Positions 49,342-62,700 of a DNA stretch of 64,000 nucleotides are shown here, one piece after another. The translations under genes and the position numbers were made by a program. The stretch's first letter is position 1; each line of letters opens with the position of its first letter. Source of the stretch: Cyanophora paradoxa CCMP329 (Eukaryota; Plantae; Glaucophyta); assembly GCA_004431415.1 (NCBI GenBank), contig QPMI01000533.1, positions 124,001-188,000 on the forward strand. The letters run 5' to 3'. The notes under the pieces were generated by a model. It was not told the origin of the DNA and ran no database searches. It saw nothing but the letters and a program-made list of their open reading frames with translations.

Positions 49342-50721
49342 TCACTCGCGGAGCTGCCGGAGGGAGGCCGCGACGTGCATGCGCACGCGCGCGTCGCCGC
49401 CGGCCGCCCGCCGGCACGCCTCGTACGCCGCCCGCGCCCCCGCCGCCTCCCCCGCCGCGGCCAGCGCCTCCGCGCGCCTCAGGTGACCTTAAGATCAGGT
49501 GAGCCTGATCATGAGCTCGGAGCGGAGGCGAGACGGCGTACCCCTGAACCAGTCGGGCAGGGCGTCGACCGCCCCGTCCGCGTCGGAGAGGGCACCGGCC
49601 GGGTCGCCGACCCTCAGGCGGGCCTCGGAGCGGCCGCAGAGGAGCTGCGCCCTCAGGCGCGCGGGGAAGCCCCCCGCCTCCGCCTCCCCCGCCCCCTCCA
49701 GGCCCCTTGAGAAGGCCGCGGCGGCCTCCTCCGCCCGCCGCTCCTTCAGCAGCACGTCGCCCTGCGCCGGCGGTCGCAGTCAGAGTCCGATTTCCACTTG
49801 AAAGGGTTCGAATTCGGAAATTCAAAGGCCGGCGCGCCTCCTGCTTCGCCCGCATCGCCTGAGCGATCGCGTCGCTCACTGAGATGCCGAGCGCCTCCCG
49901 CAGAGCCTGGCCCGCCTCCAGTCGTGAGGAAGAGGCGCGGCACCGGGCGGGCGGGCGGGAGGGCGAACCTCGCGGGCCCGCTCCGGCTCGCATCCCGAGA
50001 CGAGCGCCTGCACGGCGCCGCGCGGCGCATCGCCTCAAAGTTAGCGCCGCTTGAAGAGCGGAGGGCGGGAAGACGCACCTCTCGCCCGTCGGGAGCGAGG
50101 AGAACGGCGTTCGGCGCAGCGTCGCAGTGCCCGAGGCAGCGCGCCCCGGAGACAGGCACGCGCGCGTCGGCGGGAAGCGCGTCCTCGAACCACGCCTGCG
50201 CCTCCGCCGCGCCGCGCTGCGCGCAGACGCTCGACTGGCACACGAAGACCGCGCCCCGCGCGCCCTCGGGGACGCTCTGGCGAGCACGCGCGGGTGAGCA
50301 CGAGCATGAGCGCGCGGATTGCGTGGTTTGGATCCGGAACCGCGCTCACAAAGGAAGGCTTGGAGGTCGTCTCCGTGTGGACGAACTGGGCGCGCGCCCC
50401 GCGCCCGACGGTGGCGCCTGCGGCGGCTGGCGCAGACGCTCGGCCCCGCCGGCGAAGTCTCGCGCCCGCGGGGTCTGCGCAGCGCAGCAAGATTGAGCGG
50501 AGCCGTTCATTCGTGATGAGCACACGGCCGGGTCGCGGCCCTCAAGCGTCGCACCCGTGCGTCCCACGCCGGCGAGGAAGGCGCTCTCGCCCAGCCGCAG
50601 CGCCGCGCCGCCTGTGCGCCCGATTGGTCTCCACGCGCGCGAAGCTCTCAAGCAGGCACGGCGCCACACGCGCACCCGGCAAAGGCCGCGGAGCAGCCTG
50701 CAGGAACGCCGGCAGCGCCAT
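49342..50721 (-). CDS. Thioredoxin-like [2Fe-2S] ferredoxin domain + TPR protein, probably plastid-targeted
   Basis: Spliced N-terminus MALPAFLQAAPRPLPG|GAALRLGESAFLAG (transit-peptide-like); VFVCQSSVC...ARCLGHCDAAPNA; TPR-like GDVLLKERRAEEAAAAFSRGL, LLCGRSEARLRVGDPAGALSDADGAV, GHLRRAEALAAAG; stop at 49342-49344. Confidence 0.8.
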
Positions 50722-50757
50722 TGGAGCGCACCTCTGCAGCTGCTTCTGCTGCGAGCT

Positions 50758-53700
50758 ATGCTAGAGCTCGAGCCGCGAAGCCCGCAGTGCCACTGCGACT
50801 GCCACACCGCGCCGGGGTACGCGCAATTCGGAAGCCGACCCAGCCGCACGCGCCTGGCGATGCACGTTGCGCGTCCGCCGACTCGCTGGGGCTGGCGCTG
50901 GCCGCGCGTACGCGTCGGGCTCGTTCGGCTCGTCCTCCCGCTCCTGCTCATCCTTCTCGTGTCCTCTGTCGTCGTGCGCTTCCCCGGGGACTCGCCACCG
51001 CCCCAGAAGCACGCATTGTCACAACCAAGCTTCTCGCTGACGCGCGCGCGCGCGCGGAGCGCCCGCCCGTAGATCATCTCCGTGGTCTCCACGACCTACG
51101 CCGATCGCACAGCTTCGAAGCTCTCTTTTTACTATCTCGAGGTGATCATGATTGCTGCGATCGTTCCTGCTCCCGAGTTTTTTCGGCTCACCTCGAGCGC
51201 GCGCGCTTTCGCATTCGAATTCGCGGCGGGGGCGCTTATGATCACATAGCAACTGGGCCATCGCGTAGATCAGCGCCTTGAGGATCTGCAGACCACGACG
51301 GAGCGCGTCGCCTCGCGCACCGCCGCCCGCGTCCTCCGCGCGCTCGGCGACCGCCCAATCACTTCCGCCGACTTTCCTGCAGTCGCTCGCGTCTTCGTTT
51401 CGGTTGTATCGGAGGGCGGGGGCGACAACCTCAACCTCCTAGGGGTCCGCCCTGTCCCTTCCTCGCGCTCCTCCCGTCTTTTCGAATTCCTGATTGGATC
51501 CCGCGCAGCTGGCGCTCCCGAACCGAGAAACGGTCGTGCTGCGCCGCGAGCCGCCCTCGTTCCTCGTTTCGAACCCGCGCGCGCTCCTCCCGTTCACGCT
51601 CGTCGAGTCGCGCATCAACGGCAGCTTCCCCGAGCTCGCCCCCGGCACCCCCGTCGTGTGCCCCCTCGACCTCCCACTTGCGGCCGCCCGCCGCGCGCCT
51701 CACGCCCCCGCCGGTCGATCGCTTCGTCTCGTACATCGACCGGACCACGGGCCGCTTCGAAACGCTCTCCGTGCTGCGCAACGAGACAGTGGACGTGCGG
51801 GCCCGGCCCTTCTTCGCCTCCGCGGCCAAGACCCGGCGCCAGGCGAGCAGTCTCCACCTGCAGCCGTCATCTTAACCTCGCGGCGACTGACGGCGCACTC
51901 TTTGCAGGACTGGACCGCCGCTTTCCCGGTGCGAGTGACTTTTCCGCGCGGATTTCGAATGTGCACGCCCAGGGATCCGAACCCGCGGCTCGGGCCAGTT
52001 CACGTCGTTCGCGGGCGGGGGCGGCCAGCTCCTCCACGCGACGCGCGTACCCCCCATCTCGCGCAGGCGCCCTTCGAATTCCGCCCCGCCCGGAATCGAA
52101 CGCGGGACTCGCACGCGCAGGCCCATGTACGAGGGGAGCCCGCTGGCCTCGCATGACCTCCCCGGTCTCGCGGGCGAGGTCGTACCCCGCTCCCTCCTGC
52201 CCGACCCCGGCGTTGCCCCCCCGAACGCCTCCCTTCGCGCCGTGGTCCGCCCCGCCCGCCCCGCCCGCCCCGCCTTGCCCCGCCTTCTGCGTCCACATCA
52301 CTGTACCCCGCAGCTCGGCATCAGCATGCCGAACCTGCACGAGTACATCACCAACGTCAAGGTCGCCGAGCGGGGTACGCGTGCGAGCCCGTCACCCCGC
52401 CCTGCGCCCCCCCCCTCCCCCCCCCTTTCCCACCCACCCCCTCCTCCTCCTCCCCGCCCCATGGCCACCAAACCCCACACCCCCTTTCCCCCCCCCCCTT
52501 CCCCACCCCCCTCTCGCCCCTTCCACCGAAGCTCCAGACTGTACCCCCTGCAGGCTTCGCCGTTCTCGTCGCGAACGACGCGAAGGGCGTTCCCCGCGCC
52601 ATCGCGTACCGGGTACGTAAATGCATGCGCAAATGCATCCCGTCTCGATCTGGCCATGGCGCCCCTTGCCAGACCTGAACGGCCCACGGCCCCCGCCCCC
52701 CGGCCCGCCCCGCCCGCAGAATCCGAAGGCGCTCGTCCGGTTCATCCCTTTCGACCCCGTACAGGCGCGGCCTGTACCCCCCTCTCTCCCTTCGAACTGC
52801 AATTTGATCTCATCTCTTGATCTGATCTGGTCTGATCTGATTCTTTCTGCCAGGGCGTCAACGTGACGTTCGCGGACACTGCGGACCTGCCCGACCCCGA
52901 GCTGAAGGCCTGTTCCCCCCCCCGCCCCCCTCCCCCTTCACCTCCTCCGACTTCTCCCCCCCTGAAGCGGACTCTCACGCGCGGGCGCGGAGCGCAGGCG
53001 TTCATGGAGAGGCTGCCGCCGGACCTGGCGGCCGTGCCGCTGCCCCCGCGCCTCGCCTCCGCCGCCTTCGATCCCTCCGCCGGCTTCATGCAGGCGAGCC
53101 CGCGCCGCCCGCGGCCGCGCTCGCCTCCGCACCCGCGCGATCGAATCGGATCAAATCCGATCGCGTCGCAGGAGGCGGACTTCGAGGTGGGGGGCCGCGA
53201 GTACGCCGGCCGCTGGCGCAAGCTCATCGGCGAGGCCAGCGCGTGCGCGGCCGGCCCGGCCCCGCCCGGAGCAAGCGCGTCTCGAGCCTCTGGGGCGGGC
53301 CGGGGGCAGGTGCGGGGACTGCGCGCTGCACCTGGTGCTGGGCGTGGCGGCCCCGCGGGCCGAGCTCCGCTCTGACGTCGAGACCCTCCAGGCGCGTCCG
53401 GATCCGCCCGAGATTTCTGATTCTATTTTCGGCTTCCACCCCCCCCCAAACCCCCTTTCTGGCTTCTTCCCCCCCCTCCCCCCCCCCCCTTCTCTTCTCG
53501 GGCCCTCTCCCGCACCCCGCCCACTCGCGTGGCCCTGACAGCTTCAGCGCCGAGAGCGCTCCTGCTTGTCGCCCGCCCAGGCTTTGGATTCCGCCGTCAT
53601 GCCGGCGTGGATCGCTCCTCCAATCCGCCCCGCTCCGACAGTGACTGGGGCCGCCGCCGCCGCCGCCGCCTCTTCCGCTCCTCAGCCCACTCCAGCTTTG

Positions 53701-56700
53701 ATATCACTCCGGATCCTGCATATCGTGCCGGCTTTACCCCGGCGTGGATCGATATCAGTCCTCTCATCCGCCCCGCCCCGCTCCGACAGTGACTGGGGCC
53801 GCCGCCGCGTGCGCAGAAGGCGACGGTCGCGGTGTCGGCGGTCTGCGGCGGCCTCACGCTCCTCCTCGGCCTCTTCGTCGTCTTCGAGGCGCGCCCGCGA
53901 GCGCGGCGAATTCGCTCGCGGCCCGCCTGCGGCTACACACATCTCAGGCGCATTTGCCCGCCTCTCGCGCGCACGCGCAGGTCCGGCGGGCGATGGGCCG
54001 CTTCCACCTCCACCTCGCGCGCCTCTCCTTCTTCAGGTGCCGGTCCGGCCCCGCCCGGTCCTAGGCCTAGACCTCCCGCCCCTTTGGAGCCGCTCTCGGC
54101 TGAACTCGAGGGGCTTGGCACAGCCTGGATCCGGACGGACCGGCCGCCAAGCCCGGGGCCCGGGCCCGGGCCCGGGCCCGGGCCCCCGCGGCGCCGAGCG
54201 GGAGCGTCGACGTCCCCGGGCTTCCGGGCGGGCCGGGCGGGCCTGGCGGGCAGCCCCTCCCGCCCCTCCCGCCCCTCCACTCCGCCCTCACGGAGCTCGA
54301 CGAGGTGCCTCCGGACCCGCCCGCGGCGAAACGAGTCCAAGAAATTAATTATAAACGCCAAAGTTTAACGATAGCGGAACTCGACGCCAGCGCGTGCCAA
54401 GTTGCAATTGATTGATGCTCTAGATCTCAGCTTCAACGACCATTAAGTATAAAATCAACGTTAATGAAAGCGGAATTAGCTTCAACGTTCATTAGAGATT
54501 CGCGACTCTGGCTTTTGTGTTCCTCCAACTCCATGTTTATACAAAAAGCCCTCTCCACCAGGCCAGGAAGGCGCTGGCTTAAGTTCGCGGCGCCAGAGCT
54601 TTGCGGGCCCTGTTCACATTATAACATAATTAATGCGATCTCTCTCCGTCAGGCGGGGGAGGCGCTGGCGAAGGCGGAGCAGGCGGTGGGGGCGGTCGCC
54701 TCGATCTCGGACGCTCTCCTCGTCGCCGACGCCCGCGGCGCCCTCCTCCACTCCAACGCCGCCTTCCACCGCCGCTTCCGCGCCGGCCGGTGCGTCACGA
54801 GATTTGGGAGAGGCTTTCCTCGAATGAGACTAAAGGCTTTGCCTTTGCTATCCTAATCATAGTAGTCTCTCACCACTTAGATTGAATAGCTCCAAGCTTC
54901 AAGACTTCTATTTTCAATTTCCTATCTGCAGCTGATATTCTCTTACAGGGGCCCGAATCCGGAAGCTGGCCCGGACCCGGACCCGGAGCCACACGTGCTC
55001 TCCTTCTTCGCGCCCGAGGACCGCCCCGCCCTCGCCGCCTTCCTCGCCCGATCGGCGGCCTCCGCCGCGGCCGGCGCCGGCGCCGGCGCCGGCGCCGGCG
55101 GCTCCAGCGGGGGCCCGGGCGCCCCCAGCGCCGGCGGGACCCTCGAATGCACTGGCCTCTGCTCGACCCAGGTGCTCTTCTTCAATTTCAATCTGCTTTA
55201 ATTTGCGACGCGCGCGCGAATGCGGCCGCGCAGGACGGGGGGCGGGCGGCGTGCCCCGTGGAGGTCTCGGCGGGGCGCATGGAGTACGGCGGGCGCTCCC
55301 TCCACATCCTCGTCCTCCGTGACAGTGCGTTCGCGTCCTCCGCAATGGTAATGGCTTCCGCCCCGCAGCGCCAGCTTAGAACTTATAAGCAAGAGCAGCA
55401 AGACGGTTCTAGACAGATGGAGAGGTTCTTTACCTATCGTCAGCGCCTTCCATCATATATTTCTACCTTACTCACAAGCTTCGAACTTCGCTCGGGCATG
55501 CGCAGTCTCGCGGCGGAAGGCGGCGGAGGCGGCGCTGGTGCGGAGCGAGGAGCGGGCGCGCGTGGCGGGCGAGGACCTCCGCCGCATCCTCCACACCGGC
55601 GAGCGCTCTCATCTCATTGGGTTCTTATTAGATTCGGATGCTAGATTCAAGGCCTTCTACTGGGCCTTCTTCTAGATTCTGATTATGATTAGATTCTATT
55701 TTGGATGTTGATTAGATTATGATCATGATTAGATTCTGATGTAAGACCGGCGAGCGACCTGAGCCTTCGACTTCGTTCTTGAGACTCTTAGAATAGATCC
55801 AGGGCCGCATTCGAACACAGCTAGAATTCTAAGGAGATTCTATGTTAGAATTGGATTCTGATGTTAGATGCGCCGATGCTTTGAAAGATATTTGGATCCA
55901 GAGCCGCCGATCAAACACAGCATGATGCTATGTTAGATGTTAGATGTTAGATGCCGCCTTCTTATTAGATTCGGATGTTAGATGCTATGCGTTAGGCTTA
56001 TTTAAGATCCGGGGCCGCCTTCAAACACAGCACGCAGCTCATGTAATTGGCGCAGCGAACGCGCCGATCATCGGGGTGGATCGGGAGGGCCGCGTGACGG
56101 AGTGGAACCGCGCCGCCGCCCGCCTCACCGGCATCCCCGCCGTGCGCCCCCCATTGCGCTCCAGGCTGTCTTTAGACTTGGCCTCCCGCGCTGCGCTCCT
56201 TTTAAGACGCGGCTGAGAATATCGAAGCCTCTTTATCTCGTTTATTCCTCATAATAACTATATCAAAGTTTTTCTGTCTCTACGCCGTCGTAAGATTCTA
56301 ATCCGCACACAAGAAGGACCGCTCCTCAGGCCTATCTCTATCAGGGCTTCTGACTATTTTGACTTCTTGGCGCCCCGCCCCGGCAGGGGGCGATCCTGGG
56401 GCGGGAGCTGGTGGACGTCGTGGACGAGCGGGACCGCATGAGCGCCCGGCTCCTCATCGCCCGCGTGCGCCCGCCCCGGCCGCCCCCGCGCCTCGAGCCT
56501 AAACTAGCTTACTAGTTCAGCGTAATCGGCGTAAACTATATTAGCTAGCTTAAACTTTAGCACCGGCCCCGGCGGCCCCGCGCCTTGAGTTCGAATTCGT
56601 GTCTTCCGTCAGCCTTCCCTCTTAAGTGCCTCCGGATCCGTGTAACTAGCTGTCCATGGCGTACCTGTAAATACTCATGGCTTAGCTATAGATACATAAT

Positions 56701-59700
56701 GAGCGCGAACCAGGTTACCCTTCAATTCTAGCTTTTCCTCAATTCACATTCGGCTCGCAGGCGCTGGACGACTCGCCGGGGCAGGAGGACGCGGAGCCCG
56801 TCGAGCTGGGCCTCGCCGCCCCGCGCCGCTCCGGGCCCGGGCCCGGGCCCCGGCGGGGCCGCCGCGGGAGCGCCGAGAGCGGCGGCGGGGGCTATAGCCA
56901 GTCGGACTCCTCTTCGTCGTTCTCCTCCTCCGCCTCCTCCTCGCGGCCCCGGGCGCAGCAGACGCGGCTCCTGCTGAGCGCGACGGCGCGGCGGGACGCG
57001 ACGGGCGCCGTCGTCGGCGCCATCGCCGTCGGACAGGTGCGAATTCGAATTCTAAGAGACGGGAGAGGGGGGGGAAAAGGGACAGGTAGAGCTGGCTTCA
57101 TTTTCTGATGGTGTTCTTCTTCTGCATTAAGAAATCGATTTAGACACACTGGACTATAGCTAATCTCGATTCCCGCCAACAGGACGTGACGGAGCACCGG
57201 ATGCGCATCGAGGTGGAGGCCGCCAACGAGGCGCGCGCGCCCGCTGCCCGCCCGCTGCCTCTGGCTTCACCTCTGTGGCCTCATGAGCACCGCCCTGCGC
57301 GCGCACAGACGAAGAACCGCTTCCTCGCGTACACGGTCCGACGTTGCCGCCGGCCCCCCGCCCCTGCCCTGCAGTCGGGCCGACCGCGATCGATATCGAC
57401 ATTGCAGGTGCACGAGCTGAGGACGCCCCTCAACGGTGCGCCGATCCCAACCTTCAAATTTCGGGATCGGCCGCGCGTCGATCCCGAAAGCAGGCGTGCT
57501 GGGGATGAGCGAGCTGCTGGCCGAGACCCCCCTCGACGAGGAGCAGGTGCCCCCCTTTTCAAGCCTGCTCTTCGTGCTCTTGAATGTATTCGCTTGGTCG
57601 CAGGTCGATCTCGTGCACTCCGTTCGGTGACCCTCTTGTGTTTTCCATGCATATCTATATGGCCGGCCCGAACCCACCCCCCGCCCGCCCGCCGGCCGGC
57701 CGGCAGGGTCTCCGCCGAGCAGCTCCTCGTCATCGTGAACGACCTGCTCGACGTGCGCCCGCGCGCCCCGATCGAGATTCCTGAAGCCCGAACCTGGATC
57801 TAGACCTGATCGAGACCCGCCCCGGCCCTTGTTCACGGTGCACTCATTCCGATCCGCCCCACTCCCGCGCAGCTCCACAAGATCGAGGTGCATGCGCCGC
57901 CCCGCCCCGCCCCGGCCGCAGGCCCGAGACCCTGATCCTGATCTCGAGGGCAGGCGGGGCGGGTGACCCTCGAAGCGATCCCCTTCGACCTCCGCACCGT
58001 CGTCGTGCGCACCGGCTTCAGCCCGCCGCCTTCAGCTTCCTATAAGCTCAAGAAGGCTCAAGTTTAAAGGCTAGGCTAGGCTAACTATAAGCTTGCTAGA
58101 AATCTGATTAGCTAATTACAAGCCAACTCGATTTATATAGAATTTAATATAGCTAGAATTTAAAGCTAATTATAAGCCAATAAACTAAGGGCTATAACTA
58201 AGGGCACCCCGACCCGCCGCCTAAAGCTTGCTAGAAAGCTACTTAGCTGATTGCAAGCCAGCCGATCTTCCTAAAGAGGCTGCAATCGGAAATTAGTTAG
58301 ATTTAAGCTTGACTTGAAGCTTAACTAGTTGAGCTAAGAACTTGAAGCTTGACTCACTAGTCCTTTCCTTTCTTCCTGTGTCTTGACCTCTGGCCCCGCC
58401 CCGTCCCCTTCGCACGCGCAGGAAGAAACGGTCGAGGTGCGCCCCGCCTTCACGCCCCACTTTGATTCGCGCATAGCGCCTTGGCCCTAACATAAAACAA
58501 AGCTATGCCTTACGACTTCCTCAGGCAATCGCGCCGGCGGCCTTCGCGAAGGGCATCGAGGTCGCCGCGCACCTCCCGCCCCTCGTGCGGCCCCCCCCCC
58601 CCCCCCCCCCTCTCCTTCAACAAGAGCTGTAGCTAGCTGTGTGTATAGCCTAGTACCCGCCCTCCGCCCCGCCCCGTCCTCCTCCAGCCACGACCCTCTC
58701 CTCCTGCTGAACTCCGGTCAGGGCGTGGAGGGCGGCCCGCCCCTGCCCTGCCGCGTCGTGGGGGACCCCTGCCGCCTCAAGCAGGTGCCCTGTTCCCCCA
58801 ACTCGCCCTTGACGCAACCTGACCTCAGGATCCGATTCGCCCCCACAGATCGTGACGAACCTGACGTACAACGGTGCTTGACGTACAACATTAGCATCCA
58901 ACTATATCCAACGCCGGATTCGAACCCGCGGCCGGCGGCAGGGATCAAGTTCACGGGGCGGGGCCACGTGATCGTGCGCGTGCACGCGACGCGCGTGGAC
59001 GCCGCGCGCGGCGAGGCGGAGATCCGCATCGAGGCGCGCCCCCGTCTTCCTCTAGATTTCCCGGCCCGCCTTCTTCTTCTTCATGTGCGAGAGAGATGTT
59101 TGACGCTGAGGTTGCAATTGCGCATGCCGCTCTCAGGTCCGCGACACGGGCCTGGGCATCGACGAGTGCGCCTCCGATCCGCTGCCCCGCGAGCTCTTTG
59201 CCCCCGCCCGCGAGCCCTGACACCCGCGCAGGGGCGGCCTCGAGCGGATCTTCCAGGAGTGCGCCTGGCCGGGCGCCCGTCCGGTCCTGCCTTAGATCCT
59301 CCCCTCCTGCCTTCGATCCCCGCCGCCTATAGCTAATTCCCCTCCTGCCTTTTATCCTCCCGCGACCCGGCAGCCGACCCCTCGCTGACCTCCTTCCCCC
59401 GCGCCGGCAGCTACGTGCAGGCGGACGCATCCATCACGCGCCTCTACGGCGGCACCGGCATGGGCGCGCCCGCCCGCCCCCGCACCGCCCCGCCCGTCAT
59501 AGAAACCACTCTATAATTAATCCACGTAGTCCTTGAAAGCACATGAAACTCCAACCAAGAGCCCAAATGAAGTTCACCTAGTTCTAGAGAGCCGAACAAG
59601 AGCCGAGCTCGTCTCGAATGCTAATGGAGGGGCTCGCGATCGCGCGCGGGGCGCAGGGCTGGCGGTCTCGCGGAAGCTGGCGGAGCTGATGGGCGGGGGC

Positions 59701-62700
59701 GTCGCCGTCGCCTCGCGCCCCGGCGAGGGCAGCGTCTTCACCGTCGAGCTCCGCCTCGCCCTGCCCGCCGAGCCGCAGGCGGGGCTGAAGGAGGAAGAGG
59801 AAGCGGAGGAAAGGTTCGAATTCGATGGCCGTTTCTTTAATTTCTTGCGACGTGACCGGCGGCAGGGCGGCGACGGCATCGCCGGCGCCGGCGGCGGCGC
59901 CGGCGGCGCTGCCGGAGGACGCCGAGGGACGGGAGGAGGAGGAGGAGGAGGAGGAGGGAGGAGACCTGGCCGGATTCGAAGCGGAGCTGCTGCGGGCGGG
60001 GCGGGGGTACAGCCAGGGCCAGGGGCGCGGTCCGGTCGATCGCGGCATCCCCTCGCTCGCCTGCTGGGAGGCCAGCGCAGGCGCCGGCGCCGGCACCGGC
60101 GCCGGCGCCGGCGGATCTGGTTCCGGGAACGATGCCTTCTCCGTCGCGGCGCCGCCGGGGGGCTCGGGATTCGAATTCCCGCCCCTGCACGTCTACGTCC
60201 CGGACCAGGAGGTACTCCTTCGATTCTTAACGTTATTAGTATAGAAGTCGACGTCCGGGCCCGCTTGAACGTGGCCCTTGTAGAAGCTATAAGTCCGGGC
60301 CCGCTTGAACACACGCGTGGTCTTTCGCTTCTCATTTCTTCTTCAGGTCGGCCGCATCGTTTTGGAGTACGCCGTCTCGGCGGGCTGGTCCCCCGCCCTC
60401 GCCCGCCTGGCGGGCTCCCCGGAGGACCGGTCGCCTTCGCCCGCGCCGGGCGAACGCTCCCCCGCCGCGGCCGCGGCCGCGGCCGTCGTGCTCTGCGACG
60501 CGAGCGTGCCCCCCGATGCGGCCGCGGCGCTGGCGGGCGGCCTGCCGACGGCGCGAGTGGCGCTCGTGCGCCTCACTTCGGCCGTGCCGTCCGCGCGGCG
60601 GCGGCGGTCCCGACGCTCCTCGGGGCGCTCGGGAGGCGAAGGCGATGAGGCGGCGCCGGCGGCGGCGCTTGCCGCGTGCCTGTCGATCCCGAAGCCAGTC
60701 CGCCCGCACCGCCTCGCCGCCGCCCTCCGCCGGGCCCTCGCCGCCCTCGCCCCCGGCCCGCCCCCGACCGCATCGCTTGCCACTGCCGAGCCGGCTCCGC
60801 CGCGGCCGCCTCCTCCGCCGCCTCTTAGAGAGGACGGGCCCCTTGATATGGCCCCGCTCGACATCGCTGCGCCAGCCGAGCTCAAATCGTCTGAACCCGC
60901 CGCCGCCGCCGCCGCCGCGGCGACTGGCGACGAGGGCATGATCATGAGCTCGGCGCCTGCGACGGCGGTTCGGGGCGCGCCGGCCGAGGGAGCCGGCGTC
61001 GACGGCCGCGGGCCGGCGCCCCGACCAGCCAGCCCCATCTCTGTCCTGTGCGCCTGCAGCTCTGGTTTAAAATTTGTCCCCGCTGATCGCGCCGCCTCCT
61101 ACGTCCAGGGTGGTCGACGACGTCGATTTGAAGTGAGTCCGAGCCCGCCCTTCGAATCTTCGCACCCCGCCCCGGCTCGCGTCGCGAGCGCCCGGGGCGG
61201 GCGGGCGCAGCCGGCGGGTGTGCGCGGCGATGCTGGCGCGCGCCTCGCCGCCCGCCCGCGTCGAGCAGGCCGCCCACGGCCGCGAGGTCCGCCCCGGCGC
61301 CGGCCCGCCCCGCCCGCCTCAGCCCGTTCCGGCCGCCCCGGCCCGGCCCGGCCCGGCCCGGCCTACCTTGATTCGGAGAAGTGTTCTGGAGAAGCTTTCC
61401 CCCGGGATTCGAAGCCCGCCCCCCGCCGCCCGCGGCCGCCCCGGCCCGGTCGACCCGACCCTCGGCTCCTGCGCAGGCGGTGGAGGCGGTGCGGGGCCGG
61501 GCCGCGCGCGGCGAGCCGCCCTTCGCCCTCGTCCTCATGGACATGGAGGTGCCTCCCCCCCCCCCCCCCCTCCCGCCCCGGCTCCTCCCATTTGCCCTCT
61601 CCGCCCTGGCCAGCGTCCAGCGTCCAGCGCCCAGCGTTCGCCGCCGCCGCCGCTCGCTCTCTTCGAGCCGCCCGCTCCGGGATCCGCGCCGACGCCGCGC
61701 CCTCGCTCGCGCCCGCGGCAGATGCCGGTGATGGACGGCCTCTCCGCCACGCGCGCCATACGCGCCCTGGTCCGACCCCGGCCCGGCCCGGCCCGGCCTG
61801 GCCCGTTATCCTCTTTTGACTTGCCCTGTCCTCTGCTGCGCAGGAGGCCGAGGGGGTTACGGGCGGCCCGCCCTCCGCCATCGTGGTGCGCGCTCCCGCT
61901 CCCGCGGCCGGCTCCCGCGCACAACATCGTTGTCATCATGGCGGGGCGCGGAGCCGGGGCCGTCATGAGATCTGAACCTCAGTATAGATCTAGATCTAGA
62001 TCTTGAATATAGATCTAGATCTAGATCTTGGCCCCGGGGGCGCTGCCCCTGGTTATGACTGAAGGCCCGGCATTTGCCTCCGGCCCCGGCCCCGACCTCG
62101 CAGGCGCTGACGGCGAACGTGCTGAGCGCGAGCCGCGAGGAGTGCGCCGCCGCCGGAATGGACGGCTTCCTCGCAAAGTGAGCGCCGCTTGAACATAAAC
62201 TTTAACTGTCTCTCCTCCTTCCGAATTCCGTCTATAAGAAGAATATCCTATAGCTAATTATAAGAGAGTGAGAAGTCTACCGAATTGAATCTCAGTTTCA
62301 TAGAATCTAGATCTAGAGTTTGACGCCGCCGCTGGCATGCATATGGGACGGCTTCATATCAAAGTGGGCTCCGCCCTAATTTGAATCGTGTTTATTTTCG
62401 CCTTCGATCTATAGCTATTCGAATTCGAAACATAGTTTCATAGAATCTAGATCCAGAGTCTGCAGCGGGCCGGGCCGAGGCCGGGGCCGGGATCCGGACT
62501 CGACATCACTCGCGTCGCTCAGCGTCGCGGGCGCTGACGCACGCGGCAGGCCCGTGCGGAAGGGGCAGTTGGAGGAGGTCGCGCGGCGCTTCTCCGGAGG
62601 GCGCGGGGGCGAGCGCCCGTCCCCAGCGGTCGCGGCCGCGGTCGCAGCCGCGGCCGACGGCCCGGATAGCGACATCAGAAGGGTGTCCCCCGGGCCATGA
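50758..62700 (+). CDS. Membrane-bound hybrid sensor histidine kinase (TM, Cache-like sensor, TM, PAS-PAS, HisKA, HATPase_c, REC)
   Basis: TM1 LVRLVLPLLLILLVSSVV; TM2 VAVSAVCGGLTLLLGLFVVF; PAS motifs DALLVADARG..NAAF and NAPIIGVDREGRVTEWNRAA; H-box KNRFLAYTVHELRTPLNG; GDPCRLKQIVTNLTYNGIKFT; VRDTGLGI; YGGTGMGLAVSRKLAELMGG; REC VVDD..LVLMDMEMPVMDG..ALTAN..MDGFLAKPV; TGA 62698-62700. Start could be ATG 50758 or 50860. Confidence 0.92.

Noticed and set aside
50758-62700. Bacterial contamination or recent horizontal transfer of the two-component kinase
   Set aside because: The gene is split by dozens of spliceosomal introns of the same style as its neighbours and has a decayed paralog within the window.
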